Below, piece by piece: positions 54,711 to 64,000 of a stretch of DNA of 64,000 nt. The first letter of the stretch is position 1. Each line of letters starts with the position of its first letter. The notes beneath the pieces are model-generated. The model made no database searches, was not told the origin of the DNA, and saw only the letters and a list, made by a program, of their open reading frames with translations. Origin of the DNA: Methanobacteriota archaeon (GTDB lineage: Archaea; Thermoplasmatota; Thermoplasmata; SG8-5; DAIRED01); the NCBI GenBank assembly GCA_043799545.1, contig JAZDNO010000006.1:32001-96000 (forward strand), read 5' to 3'. The translations under genes were made by a program, and so were the position numbers.

Positions 54711-55181
54711 ATGCCAAAAGCCGCCGTCATAGGAATAGGCAACCCCCTGATGTGCGACGACGGTGCGGGAATCGAGGTTCTGGACGCCCTTCGGAAGATG
54801 ACCTTGCCCGCAGGCGTGGACATACTGGACTGCGGGACCGGAGGGATGGCTCTCTTGCATGCGCTGGCGGATTATCGCGCCGTCGCAATCGTGGACGCGG
54901 TCGATTTCGGGGGCAGGCCTGGAGAAGTGAAATCTTTCTCCCCGGACGATGCCGTCTCCATAAAGGAGCTCAAGCGCCTGTCGCTCCACGAAGGGGACGC
55001 CTTCGAGACAATCGTTCTGGCAAGAAGGCTGGGCCAGTGCCCAGAGAATATAGTCATCTGCGCAATCCAGCCCAAGCGGATCGAGCCCAGGCACGGGATG
55101 ACCCGCGACGTGCGCTCGAAGCTGCCAGAACTCGCCTCTCAGGCGCGCCTGGCTCTCGAGCGGCTTTTAGCCAGCCGTTGA
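54711..55181 (+). CDS. Hydrogenase maturation endopeptidase (HyaD/HycI family)
   Basis: GIGNPLMCDDGAG, IVDAVD, SLHE. Confidence 0.92.
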   Translation: MPKAAVIGIGNPLMCDDGAGIEVLDALRKMTLPAGVDILDCGTGGMALLHALADYRAVAIVDAVDFGGRPGEVKSFSPDDAVSIKELKRLSLHEGDAFETIVLARRLGQCPENIVICAIQPKRIEPRHGMTRDVRSKLPELASQARLALERLLASR

Positions 55182-55864
55182 GCCTTCTTCTCAAGCATCG
55201 CCCGCACTTTCTCCCCTTCGAGCTCCCGTAGCGCGTCGCGGGCTATCCACCGGCTCGATTTGGCGTCGATGGCTAGGATCCTTTTCGCCGCCGCTATCGC
55301 CGCCTTGTTCAGGGCCAGGTTTCTTTTCCCTATCCCCCTCAGCGCCCAGTTGACGGCCTTTTTCACGTAATTTCTCTCGTCCGAGGACGCCCTTTCGATG
55401 AGCGGAAGCAAGGAGGCAAACTTCGAGTCCGGCGCATTTTTATCTAGAATCGCAAGGGACGCGATGAGACTGAATGCGGCCCTTCTCTCGAACTCCATCT
55501 CGCTCTCGCTCCACTCTGTCGCCTTCCGGTATGCGAACGGAGTGTACCTCATCAACCACATGCAGAAGGCATCGCACACGTCCCAAGAATCGATTCCCCC
55601 GACCATAATCTCCGCCTGCTCCTCGGTCATCTTCTCAGGTTCGCCGACCAGCGTTGCCAGCAGCCTCGCGTCGTGGATTCCCGAATCCCACAGGAGCATG
55701 GCCAGCTCGTGGTCCTTACCGATTTCCGAGGACATTTTCCGCAGCGAGGAGATTGAGTTGCCGTAATTGTTTTTCGGATTGATTCCATATCTGGCCATCC
55801 CCTCTACGTTGCGGGGGTTGGCGCTCGCGCGCAGCTCGTTCAATATTGCCTTCAATTCAACCAC
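55139..55864 (-). CDS. DNA alkylation repair protein (AlkD-like HEAT glycosylase)
   Basis: LW.SGIHDARLLA, SWDVCD, W..SE.EF.RRAA, DERNYVKKAVNWALR.IGKR. Confidence 0.88.
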   Translation of the reverse strand: MVELKAILNELRASANPRNVEGMARYGINPKNNYGNSISSLRKMSSEIGKDHELAMLLWDSGIHDARLLATLVGEPEKMTEEQAEIMVGGIDSWDVCDAFCMWLMRYTPFAYRKATEWSESEMEFERRAAFSLIASLAILDKNAPDSKFASLLPLIERASSDERNYVKKAVNWALRGIGKRNLALNKAAIAAAKRILAIDAKSSRWIARDALRELEGEKVRAMLEKKAQRLAKSRSRARRA

Positions 55865-55868
55865 GTCG

Positions 55869-56756
55869 TCACCCCTTCGCCGGCTTTGCTTGTCCGAGTC
55901 CGGAGGCTAGCAGTATGCCAACAAAGACCAGCGGGGCGCCGAACATCGTCCACTCCGTTGGAGCCTCGCTGAGTATCAGCCAGGCCATAATGCTTGAAAG
56001 GATGGGCTCGCCCAGCAGGCTCGTCGACACGATGAAAGCCGAAACGCGTCCGAGGGCGTAGTTGTACATCGTGTGCCCCAGCACGCCGGCGACCGCAGCC
56101 ATCGCAAGGAGTATGTACCAGTCGTTCCCCGATGTTGGGGCGAACCCCGATTCTAGAAACGCCAGCGGAGCCAGAAACGCCGTGGCGAAACCGTAGACGA
56201 TAAGGCAGTAGGCGCCCGTGTTGAGCCGCTTTCTCTGAAGCCGCCCCCCGACGATGTAGGTTCCTGCGGCCAGAGCCCCGCCGATGGCGAGCAGGTCTCC
56301 GGCGAGCCCATCGCCCGACAGGTCACCCGCGAACATTATCGCCACGCCTACGAAGGCCACGAATGCGCCGATTAGCGCGCTCTTCTTCGGGCTCTCACCG
56401 AGGAATGCGAACGAAATCGCCGCCACGAAAATCGGGTGCGTGGTGACGAGCACGGTGCTGTTGGCCACCGAGGTCATTCCCAGCGATGTGACCCACAGCG
56501 AGAAATGCACGGCAAGGACAAGGCCTATGCCCGCAAGCTTCGCCCACTCCCCCTTGCTCAGCCCCGCGAAGCAACCCCCGTCCTTCGCCAGGGCCCAAGG
56601 CGCGACCATCAGCGTCGTGAAAAGCAGCCTGTAAAATGCCACGGTCAATGGACCGGACTCGCACATTCTTATCATCACCGCGGCTGTCGAAACAGATATG
56701 ATGGCAGCGACGACGGCGACCTTCGACCGCCCGTCCTCGTCCGCTGGAATTATCAT
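55869..56756 (-). CDS. EamA/DMT family transporter
   Basis: Ten TM helices in two EamA repeats; HF.LW..SL..TSVA; LGEP. Confidence 0.88.
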   Translation of the reverse strand: MIIPADEDGRSKVAVVAAIISVSTAAVMIRMCESGPLTVAFYRLLFTTLMVAPWALAKDGGCFAGLSKGEWAKLAGIGLVLAVHFSLWVTSLGMTSVANSTVLVTTHPIFVAAISFAFLGESPKKSALIGAFVAFVGVAIMFAGDLSGDGLAGDLLAIGGALAAGTYIVGGRLQRKRLNTGAYCLIVYGFATAFLAPLAFLESGFAPTSGNDWYILLAMAAVAGVLGHTMYNYALGRVSAFIVSTSLLGEPILSSIMAWLILSEAPTEWTMFGAPLVFVGILLASGLGQAKPAKG

Positions 56757-56767
56757 CAAGTGCCACC

Positions 56768-57145
56768 TCAGCCGTATCCGTCCATGCCCCAGGCGAGCGG
56801 AGTTGCCTTGGCCGCGCATTCTCCGCCGTGGCGGGCGAAATCCCTCACCTGGTTTCTGAGAATCGTCTCATGGACGGCGCCCACGATGTCCCCTACCCTG
56901 TTCCCTTTGCATAGGAAGACGAAGCTCGGAACGCCCATGACGCCGAAACGCCGCGCGAGAGCCTGATTCGCCTGCGCGTTGACGCGGACAAAGTTGGCGT
57001 ACCCGGAAAGCTCGCGCGAAAGCCCCTCGTAGACGGTAGCGTTGGCGGCGCAGTTGACACACGTGTGGGTGTAGAACTCGACCACGACCATCTTCGGGCC
57101 GCTCATGGTAGCATCGAAGTTCGATTCGTCGAGCTCTTCAATCAT
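56768..57145 (-). CDS. Thioredoxin-family protein with atypical TCVNC active site
   Basis: VVEFY...CVNC...A.RFGVMGVPSF. Confidence 0.8.
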   Translation of the reverse strand: MIEELDESNFDATMSGPKMVVVEFYTHTCVNCAANATVYEGLSRELSGYANFVRVNAQANQALARRFGVMGVPSFVFLCKGNRVGDIVGAVHETILRNQVRDFARHGGECAAKATPLAWGMDGYG

Positions 57146-57158
57146 CGCGCACCGTAGC

Positions 57159-58418
57159 CTAGCGCTGCTGTGGAAGGTATGGCAGGAGCTGCTCGGCGAA
57201 AGCGGGCAGGTGCCTGGTCTGCATCAATATCCTGCCTGGCCCCACGAAGTCCGTCACGAGCCCCTCGCCGCTGAGAATAGTCGACTTCCAGTTGCCTATC
57301 CTACGGACGCTGAACTGCATCGTGTCCGGGAAGGCGACTATGTGCCCCGTGTCCACGGCCAGGACCTCGCCCGGCTTCAAGTCCTTCTCTATTATGGCCC
57401 CGAAGGATGAAACCCAGAGCGTCCCGGGTCCCAAAGCGTGGAGCATTATGAAGTCCCTGTCCGTCAGGAACCCTTTCAGCCCCTGCCATTTCGTGTCCAG
57501 GTTGACCTGGGGGTCGGACGCGAGGTATGCGCCGCTCTGGAGTATCATCCCCTGGTGCAGCTCTATCGGCTTTATGTCGCCCATGACCGGTCCGACGAAC
57601 GCGATGTCTCCAAGCCCGCGAGCGGCGGTGAAAGTGTTCACGAAGAATGACTCCCCGCCGAAAGCGGAAGTGGCCAGGCCCTTGAGGATGCCGCCCTTCC
57701 GGCCGTGTGTGTCTATGTCGATTGTGTTGTGCATGTACATCATCGCCCCGGCCTCGGCAGTCACCTGCTGGCCGGGCTTGAGATGGAAGACAATCATCGA
57801 GAACGACGGGGCCTGGGAAATCTCGTTTTCGAGTCTCTGCTGCGGTTGGAATGCCGGCTGGTACGGTTGATGGCCGCCTTGAGGTGCCGCATACTGGCTT
57901 TGGGGCTGTTGCGGAGCGTAAGGCGGTTGGACCGCATGCTGGGGCTGGGGGTGGACCGGTGGCAGGGGCTGCGGCGAGGCGGGCTGACGGTGGACCGGTT
58001 GCTGCTGCGGAGCCGACGGCGATGCCTGGTATGCCCCTTGCTGCTGGTATGTCGGTTGCTGGCCGTAGGGCTGCTGAGGTGTGTTTGTAGGAGGAGGCGC
58101 CATTTGCGGATGCTGAGCTGGCTGAGGCGGATATTGATGGGCGGCGTGTGGGTTTTGCAGCGGTTGCTGCGCGACCGGTTGCCGGTACTGCTGGGCCGCC
58201 GGTTGCTGCTGCGCTTGATACACTTGCTGAGGTTGATATGGGGGCTGTGGCGGCGCTGTTAGTGGCTTGTACTGCTGGGCGGGGGGTTGCTGCTGCGCCT
58301 GGGCAGTCGGTTGCTGGTATTGGTTGCATCTGTTGCAGTACCATTGCGAGTACTGCTGGACGAAATTCATCTGGCCACCGCACTTCGGACAGGAGCTCAA
58401 GGGAACACCTCCCGTCAC
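57159..58418 (-). CDS. AIM24/TIGR00266 protein with N-terminal Zn ribbon and Gln/Pro-rich linker
   Basis: CPKCGG...QWYCNRC; about 150 aa Q/P-rich; AEAGAM, FGGESFF, VDTGHIVAF, GEGLV. Confidence 0.85.
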   Translation of the reverse strand: MTGGVPLSSCPKCGGQMNFVQQYSQWYCNRCNQYQQPTAQAQQQPPAQQYKPLTAPPQPPYQPQQVYQAQQQPAAQQYRQPVAQQPLQNPHAAHQYPPQPAQHPQMAPPPTNTPQQPYGQQPTYQQQGAYQASPSAPQQQPVHRQPASPQPLPPVHPQPQHAVQPPYAPQQPQSQYAAPQGGHQPYQPAFQPQQRLENEISQAPSFSMIVFHLKPGQQVTAEAGAMMYMHNTIDIDTHGRKGGILKGLATSAFGGESFFVNTFTAARGLGDIAFVGPVMGDIKPIELHQGMILQSGAYLASDPQVNLDTKWQGLKGFLTDRDFIMLHALGPGTLWVSSFGAIIEKDLKPGEVLAVDTGHIVAFPDTMQFSVRRIGNWKSTILSGEGLVTDFVGPGRILMQTRHLPAFAEQLLPYLPQQR

Positions 58419-58474
58419 AATCGCCCATTACGGATAAGTATCTTTCTGATGAGCCCGCCCGCGTGAACCGTTGG

Positions 58475-59059
58475 TCAATTTTTGCGAGCGCGCTGGCGGA
58501 CCGCCTCGTAAATCATGATCGCGGCGCTGACCGAAGCGTTCAACGACGGCGTTTCGCCGTGCATCGGTATCCTGGCGACGTCGTCGCAAAGCTCCTTCGT
58601 GAGCCTGCCCAGCCCCCTGTCCTCGCCCCCTATGACTATGGCGGTGGGGCCAGTAAAATCGTAGCTATAGTATGGCTTGCGACCGCCCATGTCGGCGGCG
58701 ACTGTCCAGATTCCATCGCGCTTGAGCTGGTCCAGCGCGCCGGGGATGCTGCTCACCCTCGCGACCGGGAGGTAATCGACAGCGCCTGCAGACGCGCGCA
58801 AAGCCCCGATTCCAAGGGGGGCCGCCCTCCTGTCGGGTATCACCACGCCGTGGGCTCCGGCGCATTCGGCCGTCCTGACGACCGCGCCGAGATTGTGCGG
58901 GTCCTCGACGCAATCCAGAAGTATGATTAAGGGAGCTTCGCCGCGCTCTTTGGCGATATCAAGGATGTCGCCGAGCGTGACGTATGCCGAGGGTGCGCGG
59001 CCTTCGGCCCCCCCCCTCTGGCGGCTACGCCGACCCTTCGAGTTTCGCAAGGTAGTCAA
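58475..59059 (-). CDS. SpoU/TrmH RNA methyltransferase (RlmB-like), apparently 5'-truncated
   Basis: LDCVEDPHNLGAVVRTA, GGEDRG, IPMHG...SLNASV; substrate-binding N-domain absent; no convincing start. Confidence 0.7.
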   Translation of the reverse strand: MTTLRNSKGRRSRQRGGAEGRAPSAYVTLGDILDIAKERGEAPLIILLDCVEDPHNLGAVVRTAECAGAHGVVIPDRRAAPLGIGALRASAGAVDYLPVARVSSIPGALDQLKRDGIWTVAADMGGRKPYYSYDFTGPTAIVIGGEDRGLGRLTKELCDDVARIPMHGETPSLNASVSAAIMIYEAVRQRARKN

Positions 59060-59861
59060 GCCCCTCCGTTGTTATTTCCAGCAAGAGCCTGGATCCGTGT
59101 CCGCGTATGCCCAAGGAGCGGCATCCCACGTATTTGCGCTTAAGTAGGTCCTTCTCCTCCATGCCGACGATGAGCTTCTTGAAGTAAACGCCGGAACCGG
59201 CCTTCAGCCCGCCCTCTTCGACCTTCTGGCCGTACATCCGCTCGACATCCTGGGCCAGCGCGTGCCTGCTGTTCCCCGCAAGCTCCCTCAGTGAATCCAG
59301 CACGGTCCTTGCATGGATGTCGGAATCGGATTTTCTGGCCCTCTTCGGACCCGGGCGCTGGGGGGCGCCGGCCCCCTGCATGCCATCTATCTTCACATGG
59401 AGCGAGTCAAGGGCCTTCATAATCGCCGCGACGTCGCTTTCCAGCTTCTTGATAATTATCGCAACTTCTCCATCCGAAGGCATCCGGTCATTTTTTCTTT
59501 GAGGATGGGCGGGGGCGCGCTCCTCGATTTTTAGACTACCCGATTCCAGCTTCGACAGCGCCTCTGCGCCAGCATCCGTGAGCTTGTAAAGCGATATTTC
59601 GACCGGTCGGTCGTCCTTCCGGCTCGCGTGGCTGCTGCGTTCCAGCAGGCCAAACCTCGTGAGCGCGGCGAGGGTGGCGTTGATGGCATTGTAACCCTTG
59701 CCCGTTTCCTTGCGGACGTAGCCCGGGGTGAAGGTGCCTCCGTGCAACCCGTCCGTGAGCTGGGACTTGGCCAGTTTGAGTATCTCGAATTCGAACGGTG
59801 CGCAGGAAGTCAGCCTCTCGCTTTCGAAGGATTGGTCTGGTGATTCTTTGCTGGGGGTCAT
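59025..59861 (-). CDS. Protein with N-terminal winged helix, coiled coil and a Cdc6/Orc1-like C-terminal winged helix
   Basis: INATLAALTRFGLLER...YKLTDAG; coiled segment KKLESDVAAIMKALDSL; DVERMY..VEE.GLK..S..FKKLI..MEEKDLL..LG.RG. Confidence 0.55.
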   Translation of the reverse strand: MTPSKESPDQSFESERLTSCAPFEFEILKLAKSQLTDGLHGGTFTPGYVRKETGKGYNAINATLAALTRFGLLERSSHASRKDDRPVEISLYKLTDAGAEALSKLESGSLKIEERAPAHPQRKNDRMPSDGEVAIIIKKLESDVAAIMKALDSLHVKIDGMQGAGAPQRPGPKRARKSDSDIHARTVLDSLRELAGNSRHALAQDVERMYGQKVEEGGLKAGSGVYFKKLIVGMEEKDLLKRKYVGCRSLGIRGHGSRLLLEITTEGLDYLAKLEGSA

Positions 59862-59979
59862 CGCTGTTACCAATAATCTAAAGGAGCCTCGATATTTATA
59901 ATTTGCCGCGATATTGGCGAGCCTGATACTCACACTGCAAACGTTTTATATCGCCGGGCGGTTTACGGAACGATTCGAA

Positions 59980-62202
59980 ATGGCCGACCGAAGCGTTGTC
60001 CTGAAGGTGGCAGAAGCGGCGCAGTCAGACGTCAGCCTGGGCCGGGCGCGAATCGATACGACCACCAGGATGGCAATAGGGGTGGAGGTCGGCGACATAG
60101 TCGAAATTCTGGGAAAGAAGAGCACGGTCGCCAAGATTTTCCGGACGCTTTCGGAGGACGAGGGCAAGGGGCTCATCCGCATCGATGGCCTGGTCCGCAG
60201 GAACGCTGGCGTTTCCATCGGGGACAAGGTTGAGGTGCGCAAGGCGGAGGTGGTCAATGCCACGAAGGTTACGATGGCTCCGATGCTGGCGGCCAACAAG
60301 CGCGTTACCTTCGGAGAGGGCATAGAGGCGTTCGTGCGGCGCGGTCTGAGCAAGCGCCCCCTGACGAAGGGCGACACGGTCGTTGTCCCTGGGATTGCGC
60401 TGATGGGCGGCGCGCTGCCGTTCATTGTGGTCAGCACCGCGCCCAAGGGTATTGTTCAGATTACAGACTCGACCGAAGTGCAGGTGAGGGAGGAGACCGC
60501 GGAGGCCGGGGAGACGGTGACCCAGAGCATCACGTACGAGGACATCGGCGGCCTGAAAGACGAGCTTCAGCGCGTGAGGGAGATGATAGAGCTCCCGTTG
60601 AAGCACCCAGAGCTGTTCCAGCGCCTCGGAATCGACCCCCCCAAAGGGGTTCTGCTCTACGGCCCGCCCGGGACTGGCAAGACGCTTATCGCGAAGGCGG
60701 TCGCTGGCGAGGCGGGGGCGAACTTCTACTCCATCCAGGGTCCTGAGATAATCTCCAAATACTACGGCCAGTCGGAGGAGAAGCTGCGCGAGAAGTTCGA
60801 GGAGGCCGAGCACAACGCGCCGTCGGTCATTTTCATCGACGAGCTGGACTCAATCGCGCCCAAGAGGGACGAGGTTCAGGGCGAGGTCGAGCGCCGCGTC
60901 GTGGCCCAGCTGCTGACGCTGATGGACGGCCTTAGCAACCGTGGGAATGTCATAGTCATCGCCGCCACCAACAGGGAGGACGCGATTGATCCGGCGCTGA
61001 GGCGCCCGGGCCGCTTCGACCGCGAAATCGAAATCGGCGTGCCCGACCGCTTCGGACGCAAGGAAGTCATGCTGATTCACACTCGTGGCATGCCCATAGA
61101 GGGAACCGAGGACGAGCGCGCCAAGCTTCTCGAAGAGCTTGCGGCGATAACATTCGGGTTCGTAGGCGCCGACCTGGCCGCGCTGGCCCGCGAGGCCGCG
61201 ATGCGGGCCTTGCGCAGGTACCTGCCAGGGATAGACCTGGACAAGCCGATTCCCGCGGACGTGTTGGGCAAGATGATTGTGAAGCGCGAAGACTTCAAGG
61301 AGGCGCTGAAGGACGTGGAGCCGAGCGCGATGCGGGAGGTCCTGGTCGAGATACCGAAGGTCACTTGGGACGAGGTCGGAGGGCTGGAGGACGCCAAGAC
61401 GACTCTGAGGGAATCTGTAGAGATGCCCCTGAACAACCCGGCGGCTTTCGAGCGGATGGGAATCAGGCCGCCTCGCGGAATCCTTCTGTACGGTCCGCCG
61501 GGGACAGGTAAGACTCTACTGGCCAAGGCAGTTGCCAACGAATCGCAGGCCAATTTCATATCCATCAAGGGTCCGGAGGTAATGTCGAAATGGGTGGGGG
61601 AGAGCGAGAAGGCGGTGCGCCTGATTTTCAAGAAAGCCAAGCAGGTCGCGCCATCGATAGTGTTCCTGGACGAGATAGACGCAATCGCGCCGATGAGGGG
61701 CTCAAGCTCCGGAGATGCTGGAGCGACCGAGCGGGTGGTGAACCAGATATTGACATCAGTGGACGGGCTGGAATCGATGGAGGGCGTGGTCGTCCTGGCG
61801 GCGACGAACCGACCCGACATCCTGGATTCCGCGCTGCTCAGGCCCGGGCGTTTCGACAGGATGGTTCTCATCAGCGTGCCAGATAAGGAGACGAGGCTCC
61901 AGATATTCAAGGTGCACACCAAGAAGATGCCCCTCAAGGGCGTGGACCTGAACCGCCTTGCTGACGTGACCAAAAACTACGTCGGTGCGGACATCGAGGG
62001 CCTGTGCCGCGAGGCCGCCATGCAGGCGCTGCGCCAAGACCCGGCGGCCAAGGAAGTCACGACGGCGCACTTCGAGGCCGCGCTGAAGGTCATCAGGCCA
62101 TCTGTCACCGAGGAAATAATCAAATACTACGAGGGGATTAAGGAGAAGATTGAAAGCGGGATAACCAAGAGCAAGCGAGACTCTTTTGGTTATTACGCCT
62201 AG
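59980..62202 (+). CDS. cdc48: CDC48/VCP (VAT) AAA+ ATPase
   Basis: N-domain plus two AAA modules: GPPGTGKT twice, IFIDELD, FLDEID, RPGRFDR twice; C-terminal YYA tail. Confidence 0.97.
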   Translation: MADRSVVLKVAEAAQSDVSLGRARIDTTTRMAIGVEVGDIVEILGKKSTVAKIFRTLSEDEGKGLIRIDGLVRRNAGVSIGDKVEVRKAEVVNATKVTMAPMLAANKRVTFGEGIEAFVRRGLSKRPLTKGDTVVVPGIALMGGALPFIVVSTAPKGIVQITDSTEVQVREETAEAGETVTQSITYEDIGGLKDELQRVREMIELPLKHPELFQRLGIDPPKGVLLYGPPGTGKTLIAKAVAGEAGANFYSIQGPEIISKYYGQSEEKLREKFEEAEHNAPSVIFIDELDSIAPKRDEVQGEVERRVVAQLLTLMDGLSNRGNVIVIAATNREDAIDPALRRPGRFDREIEIGVPDRFGRKEVMLIHTRGMPIEGTEDERAKLLEELAAITFGFVGADLAALAREAAMRALRRYLPGIDLDKPIPADVLGKMIVKREDFKEALKDVEPSAMREVLVEIPKVTWDEVGGLEDAKTTLRESVEMPLNNPAAFERMGIRPPRGILLYGPPGTGKTLLAKAVANESQANFISIKGPEVMSKWVGESEKAVRLIFKKAKQVAPSIVFLDEIDAIAPMRGSSSGDAGATERVVNQILTSVDGLESMEGVVVLAATNRPDILDSALLRPGRFDRMVLISVPDKETRLQIFKVHTKKMPLKGVDLNRLADVTKNYVGADIEGLCREAAMQALRQDPAAKEVTTAHFEAALKVIRPSVTEEIIKYYEGIKEKIESGITKSKRDSFGYYA

Positions 62203-62213
62203 AGGTGAATGCG

Positions 62214-62465
62214 ATGAAGAAGTTTGCAGCGGAACTCCGCGGAAAGACCGTGATGACCAACGACGGCCAGATTCTAGGCATGATAGACAACTTCGTCGTG
62301 GACACCATCACCGGCGAACTGCACCACGTTCTGGTGATTCCGGCCGAGGACGTCGAGACCCGGTTATTCAGGACGGACGCGGGCGGGCGCCTAGTGCTTC
62401 CGTTCCTGGAAATGAAGGCTGTACGGGATGTCGTGGTCATGAACGTGAAGCCGGGAAGGGCGTAG
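62214..62465 (+). CDS. PRC-barrel domain protein
   Basis: LRGKTVMTNDG..LG.IDN..VD..TG.....P..VKAV.DVVV. Confidence 0.85.
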   Translation: MKKFAAELRGKTVMTNDGQILGMIDNFVVDTITGELHHVLVIPAEDVETRLFRTDAGGRLVLPFLEMKAVRDVVVMNVKPGRA

Positions 62466-62548
62466 AGCATCAATCAATCGTTTCAGCGTTCCATATGAAT
62501 TTCATTTTTTAGAGTCAGCTCCGCAAGCATGTTTTCTATGGGCTGGTG

Positions 62549-64000
62549 TTAAATCCCCTTCTTCAGCTTTCTCGCCAGCCCCGGCGATATGCCCTGTATG
62601 CGCGTAAGCTCTGCCATCTCCGCGCGGTGGATGTCGTCCTCCGAGCAGAATCCGGCTTCCCATAGGTCGTTGGCCTTCGAGTAGCCGATGCCCGGCACGG
62701 ACATGAGTTTCTGGACGAACGATTCCCGGTCTCGCTTAGCGACCTTTTTCGTCCCCTTCTTCTTTGCTGCTCCCCCATCGCCAGATATCGCGGACTCCAT
62801 CTCCCTTGCCAGGGCGTCTTCCTTGTCCTTGTATCTCAACCGCTCGCCGCAAGCGTGGCATTTCTTCGCACCGATGTCGTTCGTCTCGCCGCATTCCTGG
62901 CATGCCACGCCGGAACGTTTCCTCTCTTTCCTGGCCGCCGCCGGTGCGGGCGTCTTTCTCTCCGGAGGCTGCTCCTGGGCCTGCTTGCGAGCGGGTTTCG
63001 AAGCATCCTTCTCCGGGACGACCTCTCTCTCAACGCCTTCAATGTTCTTCATTGCGTCTGAGAAATCCGGAGCGAGCGAGAGCGCCTCCTCGAACGAGGC
63101 GATTGCGTCAGCTGTCTTGCCGGCGCGTTTCAATGCGATACCTCTGATGTTCCACAGTTCGGCGCTGCGCTCGTCGAGCTTCAACCCGTCGTCCGCTGCC
63201 CGAACCGCGCCTTTCAGGTCGTCCGATTCGAGCATAACGAACGATTTTATTGCGTAAAGCTCGGGAGATTTCACCGCTGCCAGCCCATCCCCGATGAGTT
63301 CCAGCGATTCTCCAGCCCTTCCCTGCCTCGCCAAAACGGAGGCCTTTCCCGCCAGTGCCGCGAGTGCGTCCGGACGCGCGTCCAGCGCCCGGTCGTAACT
63401 TTTAATCGCCTGGTCAAGCTCCCCGCGCGATGCGAACACGGCGCCGCGGTCGCACCAGGCTTCCCAGTGCCCCGGGTCGCTCTGCAAGGCCTTGTCCAGG
63501 CACATCAGGGCGTCGTCCAATTTTCCCGAAAGGTATAGGGTATTTCCGACCTTGTTCCAGAGGTCCGCGCTGGATTTGGCAAGCTCGGCCGCTTCTTCCA
63601 GCGCCTCCGAAGCCTTGCCCTTGCGCCCCCAAAAATCGAGCAGGTCCGCTTTCAGCAGGAGCAGCGGGACGGAGATGTCCGTCTTGGCGGTAATGGCGCT
63701 GAGCGCCTCCGATGCGGCGGCATAACGGCTTGAACCGAGCAGAGCTTCGGTCCTCCCCAGCGCAGCTGCGGTGTCGTCCGGGTCAAGGTCCAGGGCATCC
63801 TCGAAAAACGACGCGGCTTCCTCGTAATGCCCGAGCGCGTAGGCTGCCTCGCCTTGCATCCGCGGCAGACGGGACTCGCTCCTCAGAAGCATGGCCTCGC
63901 CGAACCGCCCTATCGCGTCCTCGAACATCCCGAGGCGCATGCAGAGCTCGCCGAGGCCCACCAACTCGTCGAATTCCAGCACCTCGCGCTCCTCCGCCCT
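62549..64000 (-). CDS. TPR-repeat protein with Zn ribbon and C-terminal HhH domain (5' end probably outside the window)
   Basis: About 9 TPRs, CQECG...CHACG, VPGIGYSKA...IQGISPGLA; frame stays open to the window edge. Confidence 0.8.
   Translation of the reverse strand, partial: RAEEREVLEFDELVGLGELCMRLGMFEDAIGRFGEAMLLRSESRLPRMQGEAAYALGHYEEAASFFEDALDLDPDDTAAALGRTEALLGSSRYAAASEALSAITAKTDISVPLLLLKADLLDFWGRKGKASEALEEAAELAKSSADLWNKVGNTLYLSGKLDDALMCLDKALQSDPGHWEAWCDRGAVFASRGELDQAIKSYDRALDARPDALAALAGKASVLARQGRAGESLELIGDGLAAVKSPELYAIKSFVMLESDDLKGAVRAADDGLKLDERSAELWNIRGIALKRAGKTADAIASFEEALSLAPDFSDAMKNIEGVEREVVPEKDASKPARKQAQEQPPERKTPAPAAARKERKRSGVACQECGETNDIGAKKCHACGERLRYKDKEDALAREMESAISGDGGAAKKKGTKKVAKRDRESFVQKLMSVPGIGYSKANDLWEAGFCSEDDIHRAEMAELTRIQGISPGLARKLKKGI

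Noticed and set aside
57840-58330. CAG-rich tract as a microsatellite or contingency locus
   Set aside because: Imperfect, codon-level Gln/Pro coding with no pure repeat run; treated as a protein linker
58447-58470. CTGATGAG hammerhead or box C-like motif in an intergenic gap
   Set aside because: No stem II, GAAA or matching D box

Overview
Archaeal, GC-rich DNA (about 60% by eye). The marker genes (rpl7ae-rps28e-rpl24e-ndk, rpl18a-pfdA-ftsY, serS, CDC48/VAT, PAC2) and Thermoplasmata-like gene content suggest Thermoplasmatota (inference). I found no rRNA, tRNA, CRISPR array, integrase or transposase. The main feature is a 12 kb hydrogenase locus (43.1-55.2 kb). First comes a hybrid [NiFe]/[FeFe] operon, a class recently reported in archaea. 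In it the [NiFe] small subunit and the [FeFe] HydA look reciprocally swapped at exactly complementary breakpoints, giving S(N)-A(C), hydC, hydB-gltD, A(N)-S(C), large subunit. This order fits single-crossover integration of a circular hydCBA operon into the small-subunit gene. The H-cluster motifs keep their four Cys ligands but have lost second-shell residues. A canonical group 3b operon with fused beta-gamma subunits and a maturation protease follows. Other notable items: (1) an AT-rich gene for a nuclease embedded in 4+6 zinc-ribbon repeats; (2) tandem K-turns with a competing UUCG hairpin over the rpl7ae Shine-Dalgarno; (3) an apparent -1 frameshift at G_GGA_AAA inside rpl7ae; (4) serS coupled to a duplicated two-gene RimL-type GNAT module; (5) a degenerate TBP paralog coupled to TatD; (6) a protein with a Cdc6-type winged helix but no ATPase domain; (7) a membrane TPR/Zn-ribbon/HhH protein opposite a pilin-less type IV pilus ATPase/platform operon; (8) a thiolase-fold protein lacking its nucleophilic Cys, paired with DUF35. 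All family assignments are from motif recognition by eye; no searches were run.
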